A stretch of DNA of 64,000 nucleotides from Scyliorhinus canicula. Taxonomy: Eukaryota. The stretch covers positions 46,032,719 to 46,096,718 of the forward strand of contig NC_052160.1 in assembly GCF_902713615.1 (NCBI RefSeq). Reading direction: 5' to 3'. Positions 36,201-49,404 of the stretch are shown here, in pieces. The notes beneath the pieces are model-generated. The model made no database searches, had not been told where the DNA came from, and saw only the letters and a program-made list of their open reading frames with translations. The translations under genes and the position numbers were made by a program. Every line of letters starts with the position of its first letter. Within the stretch, counting starts at the first letter, position 1.

Positions 36201-38354
36201 GTGAGCTTTCACCACTTTGATCTACTGTACCCTGCTAAACAACCTGCAGTACCCCCGTAACAACACCCTTACTGATTCAACACTGCACAGTAAAAGACCA
36301 GACAGATGAGTGTATCTATACAGTACAGCATACATTATTCTAAGCCTATTTTATGTTGAAATTTGCACTGTATTGGAGAAGTATGTATATGATTGTATGT
36401 CTTCTATACTTACACGAACAAATACTGATTCTTCCAGTGGAAAATACAGCTTGTCCTGGTCTTGGAAAACACTCAGTGCCCTCGACTTCTTACAGTTTGT
36501 CACCCAGTGTCAACATTGAGCATTTCAAGGTTAAAGGTAGTGCAGCCAACTACCAAGTCACTTTTCCTTTACCTTACTCCAACAATGTGTCTTAGCACCA
36601 CCTGGTTAAATCTTTCCACTCCCCAACCTTGCAATCCTTGTGGTCTCGGGACAATAGTAGTGCCTGAAACAAAGCAGTGTGATATTCACTCATGTGCACT
36701 AAGCACTAGGTTGAACTACCCAAACTCCTTTCATGTAAAACCATAGAAACTGACAAACAAAGGCTCCTATCTGACTGTTTAGATATTTGGATAACCAAAT
36801 TAAAATCAACCATTCAGTGCACTGAACCAACAGAAAATGCAGAAAAGTGGTTCATTTTTCTGGTGGGGTGGCAGGGCAGTGGGGAGAAAAACATGTATTT
36901 TGTCAGACTTTGTGTTGGGCACCTGGGTGTCTCCATATTCTTTTTGTGTAGCAATCGTAGTCGTCCTCTTCTGATTTAAGCAACAAATAAATTGGTCTTT
37001 TACTATACAGTTTGGAATGTATTTTAACAAGATTCCTTTTAACTTAGTATTCATTAACTGTGTTGCACCTACTGATTGTCTAGGTCCTAGAAGCAAATAA
37101 ACAACTAATAATTTACGTTGTTAAAATAATAATTAAGACATTTTTCATTTTTGAAGAAAGATGTTATTTCTTATTGTATTTGATTGCAACCTGTTTGAGG
37201 TTTCTTACTTGCCCTGTATTAAATTCTACACCCTATGATTATGACCGAGTTTTTTACCTACTCTACACTCATCGTTAAATAACCCTCAACTTCTCTAGTT
37301 CTCAGCTCTTCCCTGCTCCTTATTCAATGACGCTGAATTCTGAGTTCTTCACAATTCAACAGTATAATTTAAATTGGACTTTGTTTTGTTTCCTTGCCGA
37401 ATGATCAATTTTCATAATCATCTGTAGATTGACACTGGGCCAATTCTCACATGCAAACAAAGACCTTGTACAGGAGAGATTGCAATGAACCTGAGGTGTA
37501 CTCTAATCTTATTCTCAATTTTGTTAGTGTAAATGCAACTGCTTCTGTTTTCCAAAGTTGTCCAATTAGAGTAACTGTGTGCATTTAGTGTTGGTTTTAT
37601 GCTGGGAAAAATTTAGAGGCAAAGCAATGTGAATATTAGCTGAAATGCTGATGAATCCGCTTCATAAAATTGGAATAATGGCATGGATAAAGTATATTTG
37701 TTGGTATGGACAGAGCCTTGTGTTGCATAGAAGCATATAGAAAATCACTGGAGGTTCTGGGACAGCATAAGTGGGTCAGGCCCATTCAAGTCCACAATTT
37801 TGAGTTAATTTAATGAGCCTCTTAAGGCAGTAGCAGGCTTAGTGTTGTGGTAGTAGGTAAACACAGTACTCTGTACCCTATACTATATGGACCAGGTGGT
37901 CCCAAGTTTGATTTCTGGTTTATGTCTTGGCTGGTCTCAGCTGAGATGGTAGTTGATGATGCCATAGTTTGCATGGCATCATTCAGCAAAGGAGAACCAA
38001 GAAATTGATTTAAAAATAGAAAATGGAATATGAGAGTAAACTTGTGAGGAACGTAAAAATGGACTGTAAAATCACAAGAATGTAAAAGGGAAAGGTTAGT
38101 GAAGAAAGCTATGAACCTACTACAGTCAGAGAATGGAGAATTTATAAGAAAATGGCAGAGAACGAACACATACTTTTTGTGTCTGTCTTCACAGAAGAAG
38201 ATACAAGAAACTGCCCTGAAATATTGGAGAACCAAAGGACTAGTGAAACTGAGGACCTGAAAAATTAGTATTAGTAAAAGAAATAATGCTGGATAAATTA
38301 ATGGGACTGAAAGTTGATGAATCTCCTGGACCTGAGTATTTACATCGCAGTGTT

Positions 38355-41300
38355 TTTGTTTAACAAACAATTTTGTTGAGGTATTTTTTGGCATTGAAAA
38401 CAGTTACAGATAACAGAAATATGCAAACATCAACGTAAAACCAATACTTCAATCAAACCATAATGCACATACTTGCTCCTCTCCTGTAAACACCACCCGC
38501 CTATTTATAAACTTGACATGTCCGAAAGCCAAAGTTCGGTCTTAGGGGGTTTTGAGTCCCTCCATGCCAGCAGTATTCGTCACCGGGCTATCAGGGAAGC
38601 AAAGGCCAGAACATCGGCCTCTTTCTCCCCCTGGACTCCCGGGTGTTCCGAAACCCCGAAAATTGCCACCCCTGGACTCATCACCACCTTTGTTTTCAGC
38701 ACCTTGGGCATGACTCCCGCAAATCCCTCCCAGTACCCCCTAAGCTTAGGGCATGTCCAAAACATGTGAACGTGGTTCGCTGGTCCTCCCGCGCATCTAG
38801 CGCACTTGTCCTTTACCCCAAAGAATTTGCTCATCCGAGCTACCGTCATGTGGGCCCGGTGAACGACCTTAAATTGAATCAGGCCGAGCCTGGCACGTGT
38901 TGCAGTTGGGTTTACCCTACTCGGGGCTTCCGCCCACAGCCCGTCCTCCATCTCCCCGCCAAGCTCCTCCTCCCATTTGAGTTTCAGTTCCTCTGTCTGG
39001 GACTCTTCCCCCTTCAGAAGATGGTAAAAGAGGGGGGAGTGTGGCATTGTTAATCAAGGAAAGTATTACGGCGGTAGAAAGGACGTTTGAGGATTCGTCT
39101 ACTGAGGTAGTATGGGCCGAGGTTAGGAACAGGAGAGGAGAGGTCACCCTGTTGGGAGTTGTCTATAGACCTCCGAATAGTTCCAGAGATGTAGAGGAAA
39201 AGATTGCAAAGATGATTCTCGACAGGAGCGAGAGTAACAGGGTAGTTGTTATGGGGGACTTTAACTTTCCAAATATTGACTGGAAATACTATAGTTTGAG
39301 TACTATAGATGGGTCAGTTTTTGTACAGTGTGTGCAGGAGGGTTTTCTGACACCGTATGTAGACAGGCCAACAAGGGGCGAGGCCACATTGGATTTGGTA
39401 CTGGGTAATGAACCCGGCCAATTGTTAGATTTACATGTAGGTGAGCACTTTGGTGATAGTGATCACAACTCGGTTATGTTTACTTTAGCAATGGGCAGGG
39501 ATAGGTATATACCGCAAGGCAAGAATTATAGCTGGGGGAAAGGCAATTATGATGCTATTCGGCAAGATTTAGGATGTAGAGGATGGGGAAGGAAACTGCA
39601 GGGGATGGGTACAATCGAAATGTGGAGCTTTTTCAAGGAACAGCTAGTGCATGTCCTTGATAAGTATGTACCTGTCAAGCAGGGAGGAAGTTGTCGAGCA
39701 AAGGAACCGTGGTTTACTAAGGAAGTTGAAGCACTTGTCAAGAGGAAGAAGAAGGCTTATGTTAGGATGAGACATGAAGGCTCAGTTAGGGCACTTGAGA
39801 GTTACAAGTTAGCCAGGAAGGACCTAAAGGGAGAGTTAAGAAGAGCGAGGAGAGGACACGAAAAGTCGTTGGCGGGTAGGATCAAGGAAAACCCTAAGGC
39901 TTTCTATAGGTATATCAAGAACAAAAGAATGACTAGAGTAAGATTAGGGCCAATCAAGGATAGTAGTGGAAAGTTGTGTGTGGAATCAGAGGAGATAGGG
40001 GAAGCGTTAAATGGATATTTTTTGTCAGTGTTTACACTGGAGAAAGACAATGTTGTCGAGGAGAATACTCTGGTTCAGTCGACCAGGCTAGATGGAATTG
40101 GGGTTCAAAAGGAGGAGGTGTTAGCAATTTTGGAAAATGTCAAAATAGATAAGTCCCCTGGGCCAGATGGGATTTATCCTAGGATTCTCTGGGAAGCCAG
40201 GGAGGAGATTGCAGAGCCTTTGTCCTTGATCTTTATGTCGTCTTTGTCGACAGGAATAGTGCCAGAAGACTGGAGGGTAGCAAATGTTGTCCCCTTGTTC
40301 AAGAAGGGGAATAGAGACAACCCTGGTAATTATAGACCTGTGAGCCTTACTTCGGTTGTGGGTAAAATGTTGGAAAAGGTTATAAGAGATAGGGTTTATA
40401 ATCATCTAGAAAAGAACAAGTTGATTAGCGATAGGCAACACGGTTTTGTGAAGGGTAGGTCATGCCTCACAAACCTTATTGAGTTTTTTGAGAAGGTGAC
40501 CAAACAGGTGGATGAGGGTAAAGCGGTTGATGTGGTGTATATGGATTTCAGTAAGGCGTTTGATAAGGTTCCCCACGGTAGGCTATTGCAGAAAATAAGG
40601 ATGTATGGGCTTGAAGGTGATTTAGCGGTTTGGATCAGTAATTGGCTAGCTGAAAGAAGACAGAGGGTGGTGGTTGATGGCAAATGTTCATCCTGGAGTT
40701 CAGTTACTAGTGGTGTACCGCAAGGATCTGTTTTGGGGCCACTGCTGTTTGTCATTTTTATAAATAACCTGGAAGAGGGTGTAGAAGGATGGATTAGTAA
40801 ATTTGCAGATGACACGAAGGTCGGTGGAGTTGTGGATAGTGCTGAAGGATGTTATAGGATACAGAGGGTCATAGATAAGCTGCAGAGCTGGGCTGAGAGG
40901 TGGCAGATGGAGTTTAATGCGGAAAAGTGTGAGGTGGTTCACTTTGGAAGGAGTAACAGGAATGCAGAGTACTGGGCTAATGGCAAGATTCTTGGTAGTG
41001 TAGATGAACAGAGAGATCTCGGCATCCAGGTACATAAATCCCTGAAAGTTGCCACCCAGGTTAATAGGGCTGTTAAGGCATATGGTGTGCTAGCCTTTAT
41101 CAGCAGGGGGATTGAGTTTTGGAGCCACAAGGTCATGCTGCAGCTGTATATAACTCTGGTGCGGCCGCACCTGGAGTACTGCGTGCAGTTCTGGTCACCA
41201 CATTATAGGAAGGATGTGGAAGCTTTGGAAAAGGTTCAGAGGAGATTTACTAGGATGTTGCCTGGTATGGAGGGACGGTCCTACGAGGAAAGGCTCAGGG

Positions 41301-44115
41301 ACTTGAAGTTGTTTTCGTTAGAGAGGAGAAGGCTGAGAGGTGACTTAATAGAGACATATAAGATAGTCAGAGGGTTAGATAGGGTGGACAGTGAAAGTCT
41401 TTTTCCTCGGATGGTGATGACCAACACGAGGGGACATAGCTTTAAATTGAGGGGTGGTAGATATAGGACAGATATCAGAGGCAGTTTCTTTACTCAGAGA
41501 GTAGTAGGGGTGTGGAACGCCCTGCCTGCAACAGTAGTAGACTCGCCAACTTTAAGGGCATTTAAGTGGTCACTGGATAGACATATGGATGAAAATGGAA
41601 TAGTGTAGGTCAGATAGGCTTCAGATGGTTTCACAGGTCGGCGCAACATCGAGGGCCGAAGGGCCCATACTGCGCTGTAATGTTCTATGTTCTATGAGCA
41701 CCTTGTAAATATCCGAGACTCTACCCTCTCCTCCTTCTCCTCTATAGACTATTCTGTCCTGGATCCCTATTGGCGGGAGGCGTGGGAAGGATGGGACCTG
41801 TCTGTGTACAAAGTCCCACATCTGTAAGTCCCTAAAGTCATTTCCCCTTACCAGCCCAAATTTCTCCTCCAAACTCCTCAGACCCGCAAAGCTCCCCTCC
41901 AGGAACATATCGCTCACCCCTGCCCGCCGCCATGTTCGAAACCCTCCATCCATGTTCCCGGGGGTGAATCGATGGTTATCACATTGCAGCCCAGACAGAC
42001 GCACCCATCTCCCCTACATGCCTCCTCTACTGGCCCCATATCCGCAGGGCCGCCCCCACTACCGGGCTGGTGGAGTACCTGGCCGCCGAAAGCGGTAGGG
42101 GAGCCGTGGCCAGGGCTGCCAAACTGGTGCCCCTGCACGAAGTCGCCTCCACTCGCTCCCAGATAGACCCCGTACCACCTTCCACTTCCTTATCATGGCT
42201 ATGTTAGCCGCTCAGTTGTAGTTGATCAGACTCAGCAATGCCAGTCCTCCCTCGCTGCGGCTCCTTTCAAGCATTGCCTTCTTCACCCGCGGGGATTTTC
42301 CCGCCCAGACAAAGCTCATGATGATTTTGCCAGTCCTTTTCAAGAAGGACCGTGGGATAATGATCGGGAGGCACTGGAAGATGAACCGGAATCTAGGGAG
42401 GATCGTCATCTTTACAGTCTGCACCCTCCCCGCCAGTGACAGCGGGAGTGCATCCCATCTCCGAAACTCCCTCTGCATTTGTTCCACCACTCTAGTCAAA
42501 TTTAGCTTATGCAACCTGCCCCAGTCTCGTGCCACCTGTATCCCCAAGTACCGGAAACTTTCCCCAACCAGCCTAATTGCAGCTCCTTCAGTCTATTCTC
42601 CTGGCCCCTTGCCTGCACCACAAACATCCCACTCTTGGCCATATTTAATTTGTACCCTGAGAACCGGCTGAACTTCCTTAATGTTTCCAGTATATTTTCC
42701 ATCCCGGCCAGTGGGTCCGATACGGACTGGAGCAGGTCGTCCACCTAGAGAGAGACCCTGTGTTCCACCCCCCCCTTGTCATTTCATTCCACCCCTCCCC
42801 TTGTCATTTCATTCCACCCCTTTGCAGCTCTCAATGCAATCGCCAACGGCTCTATGGCCAGCGCGAACAGCAACGAGGAGAGTGGGCATCCCTGTCTGGT
42901 CCTGCAATGTAGTCTGAAATAATCTGACATTATCTTGTTCGTCCTAACGCTAGCTTTTGGGGCCTGGTCTGACCCTATTAACCAGTCCTTCCTGAACCCA
43001 AACTGTCCAAGCACCTCCCACAAATAGCCCCACTCCACCCGGTCGAAGGCCTTCTCAGCGTCCATTGCCACCACTACCTCCACCTCCTTGCCCGTCGGGG
43101 GCATCATGATCACATTAAGCAATCTTCTCAAGTTAGCTGTCAGCTGCCTGCCTTTCACAAACCCTGCCTGATCGACCCCAATCACCTCCGGTATGCAGTC
43201 CTCGATTCTAATCGCCAGGAGCGTGGCATCCACATTGATCAGGGAGATTGGCCTATATGACCCGCAGGATTCCGGGTCCTTGTCCCGCTTCAATATCAGC
43301 GAGATGGTGGCTTGCGACATCGGCGGCGGCAGGGTCCCTCTGTCCCTTGCCTCATTTAAAAACCCTAGTCAGGACCAGTCCCACTATCTCCGAGAACTTC
43401 TTGTAAAACTCTACTGGGTATCCATCTGGCCCCGGGGCTTTCCCTGACTGCATGGCCTTTAGGCCCCCCAATACCTCCTCCGCTCTAATCGGGGGCCCCC
43501 AGCCCGTCCGCTAGTCCCCCGCCTACTTTTGGGAAAGTTAGTCCGTCCAGGAACCTTTTCATCTCCTCCGGCTCTTCCGGGGGTTCTTAAGGGTACAGCT
43601 TACTATAGAAGTCCTGAAATACCTTATTCAGTCCTGCCGGGTCCTCCACTCTGCTCCCCTCCCCATCAACCACTCTACTTATTTCCCTGGCCGCCTCCCT
43701 CTTCCTGAGTTGCTGCGCCAGCAATCTGCTGGCCTTCTCCCCATGCTCATACACCACTCCCCTTGCCTTCCTAAATTGTTCCACGGCCCTACTCGTGGAT
43801 AGCACCCCCAGTTCCGCCTGCACTCTCCGTCTCTCCCTGAGTAGGTCCTCCCCTGGGGACCCCACATGCTCCTCTATCCGGTAAATCTCCCTAACCAATC
43901 TGTCCATTTCTGCTCTATCCGCCCTGACCCTGTGAGCCCGAATTGAGATCAGCTCCCCCCTCGCTACTGCCTTCAGCGTCTCCCACAGGGTCGCTGATGA
44001 AACCTCCCCCGTATCATTCACCTGCATGTAAATTTGCATACACTTCCGCAGTCTCTCACAAATCCCCTCCTCCGACAACAATCCTATGTCTAACCTCCAT
44101 TGCGGGCGTTGGTAA

Positions 44116-44151
<36 letters not shown>

Positions 44152-44220
44152 ACCTGCAGGTCCACCCAATGCGGGGCATGGTCCGAGATAGTGATTGCCG
44201 AGTATTCAGTATTCTTTACC
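38355..44220 (-). mobile_element. L1-clade LINE (ORF2 EN end, RT, C-terminus) interrupted by a younger CR1 and inserted in an older CR1
   Basis: ORF2 fragments (YRPISLIN, MDAEKAFDRVEW, RQGCPLS, HMFWTCP); 14-bp TSD TACATC(G/C)CAGTGTT at 38341-38354 and 44221-44234; old CR1 sequence resumes on both sides. Confidence 0.88.
39015..41695 (+). mobile_element. Young 5'-truncated CR1 LINE with an uninterrupted 855-aa ORF2 segment (39041-41608)
   Basis: APE motifs VYRPPN, GDFNFP and SDH; RT motifs DFSKAFDKVPH, GVPQGSVLGP and FADD; 3' tail (ATGTTCT)n. Confidence 0.97.
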
Positions 44221-46331
44221 TACATCCCAGTGTTGACTGAGGTGGCAATATAGATAGTGGATGCATTGATCATCTTTCAAAATTCTATAGATTCTGGAAC
44301 AGTGTCCACTGATTAGAAGGTAGCAAATACCTTCTATTTAAGAAAGGAAGGAGGAGAACTGCAGATTTGTTAGTCTGACATCAGTAGTCGGGAATATGCT
44401 AGAATCTGTTATAAAGGATGTGATAACGGGCACTCTGAAAATAATGGTGTGATTGGGCAGAGTCGGCATGGATTTATGAAAGGGAAATTCTGATTCACAA
44501 ACATGTTGGGAGTTTTGAAAGATGTTACGAGCAGGATAGATAAGGGAGAACCAGTGGATATGGTGTGTTTGGATTTTCAGGAAGCTTTGAATAAGGTCCC
44601 ACATAAATGATTTGTAGGCAAAATTAGAGTACATGGGAATAGAGGTAGTATACTGGCAGGGATTGAGGATTGGATAATGGACAAAAAACGAGAGTAGGAA
44701 TAAATTGGTAATTTTCAGGTTGGCAGGCTGTGATTGGTGGGGTGCTGCAAGGATTAGTGCTTCGGCTCCAGCCATTCACAATCTATACCAATGATTTGGT
44801 TATGGGGACCAAATTTAATCATTTCAAGTTTGTTGATGACACAAAACTTGGCGGGAATATGGGTTGTGAAGACCTTTCTTGGATCTTTTGAATCTTTTAT
44901 CTGGTGCTGTCTTTTGATTTTATATACGCTAGGTGAATGCCACACATGCAATAACATATTACTGTTTGCCCAGTTTGAACGTGTTGCTGCTCATAGTTAA
45001 TTATGGGGTTTTTTCTCCCTCTGGCTGAAGCCACCAATTGAATGGAAACTAAAGTATCCCTTTTTTTTACAGGTTGATTTTTCAGTGTTTACAAATTCAC
45101 TCAATGGGGGTGAAATTGGCCTGCCCAAATTGAATTGGCCGCCCATTTTAATAAAAATCTTGAAACTACGCACACTTCAGTGTACAGTTATCCAGGAAAT
45201 AGGACAAAATTACCTTTTATTGGAATTTTTCAATAATACAGGAAAACAAATGAAATGGTGGAAAAGGCAACTTTTTGCACCGCTTTATTAAGCTGTTTTT
45301 AAGATGATGCGAGTAAAGTTCTGGAATTTGATCTGGGCATATTCATTGTAGTTCAACACAAAAGTCTGTTTCTTGAATTGATGCTTATCTCTAAGAAGCA
45401 GATTACAAAAATCTTTGGAACAAAATCTATATAATTTTCTATACATTGACCGTGGCTACCTGAAGCTACAGTAATGTTCAACAATTCCATAATTTTTTAT
45501 GGCTTAATATTTGCAAAAAACCTCTGTATAACCCACCTCACATGAGAGAATTCATACTTTGCTCACTTTTATAAAACAGAAGTGCACTATTTCTGTGAGG
45601 AAGTGCCTTACTGCTCCATCATGCCTTGCCTAACATCATGGCTCACATTGGAAACTCAGTGTATGGGGATCTGAGAGTGCATGCTATATAATCTCTGGCA
45701 TGATGTTTGAGCCCTAAAATGCTGCATCAATCACAATTTATTTAGAAAAGCATCTCTAAGTAACCTTATAACACAGACTCTATCTGTAGAGTATCAGATA
45801 GCCACAAACGCATACCAAAGCTATGCCCTGGAATAAAGATACAAGCTAACACAAAACAATGATACAACTCTACAAAGCCCATCATCACGAAGAAGGCAGG
45901 AGACTCAACATCCCCAACATAGCTAAACCCCATGGACTAAAAAAAACTATTCCCCCCCCCCAATTCGATGCACTGCTTCCAATATGATGGTGAACATATA
46001 AATACTGAGTAGTTTTTCAAAATAAACGTACCATTCTCTTTTGTTTTGAAGAATTTTTAAAGTGACAATGTAAAATGTTTTCTCCAGTGTATGCCTCATT
46101 GAGGGTCATCTTTGTTTCCAAAAGATGCCCTCAGCTGGTTCATGTACTCATTTTAATTTTTGAATCATTGTTGAAACTTGGTGTGTTTTTATTATGAATT
46201 CTTTTATTGTGTTTTTATATTTTGGTGAATTGTCTTTTTTATGGATCTTCATTCCCATTCTAAGTTTTGTTTTTTCTTTTTTTCTTTTAATGTTATGTTT
46301 ACTTTGGTTTGGTTTTCCCATTGCTGTGTAG

Positions 46332-46388
46332 ATTCCTGTCGCAAAGTCTATCATGGACGATGTTGAAGAATGGCTCAGCACTGATGTG
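46332..46388 (+). CDS. TOM1L2: TOM1L2 exon, IPVAKSIMDDVEEWLSTDV (myosin VI-binding region)
   Basis: Long T-rich tract plus gtgtAG at 46330-46331, GTatgg donor at 46389; 57 nt, phase 0/0. Corresponds to IPVAQPSVMDDIEVWLRTDL of mammalian TOM1L2. Confidence 0.93.
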
Positions 46389-48344
46389 GTATGGGGCTTT
46401 TGCTTTTTTTTTTTTTGCTTTGAATAGAAGTTCTCTCAGTACCACTTTTTTCTCTTTTTTTTCACTCCCATCTCCCGCACCCACCAAATGATTGCCTCAG
46501 GAATGATTACATGGTGCTCCTACCTAACTAAATAAAATCTAAAACACACCAGAATGTGAAATACACAGACTTGTGGTTTGAATTACATTCTGTTCTTTAA
46601 GTATTGGCTTGCAAAGGAATATCCAGCCACTTGTTATCAATAGGGGGAGGGGATTCTGCCTGTTTGCGTGTGTATATTCTTACACGTGCACAAGCTGCTT
46701 TGATAGAATTCTACATTCCAAAACCATTCATGAGTCTTGCTGTATAGCTCATAGACCTTAATACTGACTCTGACATAAATTGAAAATGCTGTCACTGTGA
46801 GAGACCGGAAGAGATTACAACATACTCACTCCAAACTGAGATCCAGGTAAAAATCTTTTTCTTCTCATTGCATCAACTATTCACAGACTGACATTGACTA
46901 AGACTAGATAAATTAGGCCAATGTTCTAAAACTACTGGCAGAGTGTTTATAACACATTGGCAGCATTTTCCGTTGCAGAGTTTAAGTGGAAATTTGGGAC
47001 TGGTCCTCACTGGCATTGGGAGCAGCGCCCAAGTGCGAATCACAGTCCTTTGGCATGCAAATATGTGCAGGGCGGCAAGTGCATTGGATTCCCATCACTT
47101 TCTGACTCAGGCCGCCGTTCGGAAAAGTCGTCCAGATACAAATCCTGTGACAGGCCCCACCTCCCGCACAGCAGAAGTGTCAACCACCACAGAAATAATG
47201 GGTAAACCACCCCCACACCTCACTACGTAAGAGTGACCACACTCGCCAGTACCCCTGCCCTTCAACCACCCTTCAGTCCCTGCCCCCGGCATTGCCACCA
47301 ATGCACTGACACATGGTACTGACACTCTGGCAGTGACACCCTAGCCAAGCATGATGGACTCGAGGGGGAGGGTCAAACTAAGTGCTGTGGTTACAAATTA
47401 GGAAATGATGTGGTCAGGAGCTGTTAATCATGGGTATTTATAAACAGTGTGGTTAGGATCAATGGAGGGTACTTGACATGCATTCAAGCGTGAAAGGAAA
47501 GATAAATAAACAACCTCCCAGCGGCTGTATCTGATAAGTTGTCAATCTCAGGCTAGTAAAAGGTACTGCTCTATGAAATCGAATGGATACTTAGCATTCC
47601 AAAGAATCGCACGGGACCTCCAGCCTTTTCAAGTGTTAAAGGCTTTCTAGGAAGGCTCTGACACTTCAAAAATCTGCAGGGTGCAATCCTCCGGCCACGT
47701 TATGCTGGAGAAGCAGCTTGCCGTGGCGCAGCATGGCAGGTGAAAGCCGGGAGACCCTGCACCCGGGATCTACCCTGTTCGCAACATCTTGCGAGATTCA
47801 ACACAATCTGTGAGACGTTGCAAGTGGAATCCCGCACATATTGGGCGGGATCACCTTTTAGCAAATCTGCACATTAGAGCGAGGCAGTAAGCCATTGCTT
47901 CTAGAATAAACCCAACTACTTCATTTTTATGTTATATCTTCAGTTGCTGCATGATTCATGGATAGATAAGCTAAAATCATCAGTATAGTTCATACTACAC
48001 TTTGTTTTTTGTCCAAGGCAATGCATACTGAAATATTAATTCTCATCAGATTTTTATTAAATATTAATTCTAATCAAAAAATTATATCTCTGTTTAAATT
48101 GGTTACACACTTACGGGCAGGAGAGAAAGTTGAAGTGCAAGAGCCTTTTTGCAACCTTATCCAAGGGAGTAATGATTCATAGATGGCTCTCACGTGATAT
48201 GTCAGAAAGAAAGTATCCTCTAATTACTTTTGAAGTACACATGTATTTTGTTTAAGTCCACAGCCCATTATCTAAGGAAAGATAAATTGGCATTGGAGAC
48301 GGTCCAAGAAGATTCACTGGGTTGATCCTGGATCTAAAATAGAT

Positions 48345-48530
48345 GGGGCCTGTACTCTGGTTTAGCTCACTGAGCTAAATCGCTGGCTTTTAAAGCAGAC
48401 CAAGCAGGCCAACAGCACGGTTCGAATCCCGTACCAGCCTCCCCGGACAGGTGCCGGAATGTGGCGACTAGGGGCTTTTCACAGTAACTTAATTAAAGCC
48501 TACTCGTGACAATAAGCGATTTTCATTTCA
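48345..48530 (+). mobile_element. Third short tRNA-derived SINE (tail GGCTTTTCACAGTAACTT...(ATTTC)n; tail fragment also at about 50889-50960)
   Basis: Box A/B-like TTAGCTCA..G and GGTTCGAATCCC; repeated tail. Confidence 0.7.
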
Positions 48531-49404
48531 CTGGAGATTAGAAAAATGAGAAGTGGGCGGCAAAGCGGTTCGCACTGCTGCCTCATGGCGCTGAGGACCC
48601 GGGTTCGATCCCGGGCCCGGGCCACTGTCCGTGTGGAGTTTATACATTCTCCCGTGTTTACATGGCTTTCACTCCCACAACCCAAAAGATGTGCAGGCTA
48701 GGTGGAGTGGCTATACTAAATTGCCCCTTAATTTGGGAAAAAAATTAATTGTATATTCTAAATTTATTTATTTTTTAAATGAGAGGCAACCTTATTGCGA
48801 CATACAGAATTCTCGGGGGCTTGACCAGGTAGATCCTGAGGAGTTGTTTTTCCCCCCCTTAGGAGAGTCCAGGACAAGTCATAACCTCCAAGTAAGGGGT
48901 CACCCATTTAAGACCGAGATGAAGAGTAACTTCTTCTGAGGGTTGCGAATTTGTGGAAGTCTTAACTGCAGAGAGCTGTAGAGGCTGGGTCATTGAGTAT
49001 GTCCAAGGGTGAGATACAGATTTCTAATCAGTATGGGAATCTAGGGTTATTGAGATAAGGCAGGAAAGCGGAGTTGAACCAAATAGTTAGCACTGCTGCC
49101 TTACAGGGACCCGGGTTTGATTCCGCCCCTGGGCGACTGTCTGGTGGTAACAAGTTCTCCCCATGCCTGTGTGGGTTTCCTCCGAGTGATTGGGTTCCTG
49201 CCACAGTCCAAAGATGTGCAGGTGAGGTGGATTGGCTATGCTAAATTGCCCCTTAGTGTTCAATAGCTATGTGGAGTTGCAGATTAGGCCACGGTAGGGC
49301 ACTATTTTGGAGAGTCTGTACAGATGTAATGGCTGAATGGCCTCCTTCTGCACCGTAGAGATTCTATGATTATCATTTTAGATCAGTCATGTCTTTGAAT
49401 GGAA

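Noticed and set aside
39041-41608. 855-aa ORF as a possible host or domesticated gene
   Set aside because: It is a 5'-truncated CR1 ORF2 starting at a non-ATG codon, with a standard (ATGTTCT)n tail.
6343-46388. Assignment to the paralogues TOM1 or TOM1L1
   Set aside because: GPITANx[30 protein letters not shown] and VTYED match TOM1L2 as I recall the paralogue sequences.
48360-48440. tRNA gene (GGTTCGAATCCC; similar boxes elsewhere)
   Set aside because: No complete cloverleaf; these are tRNA-derived SINE heads.
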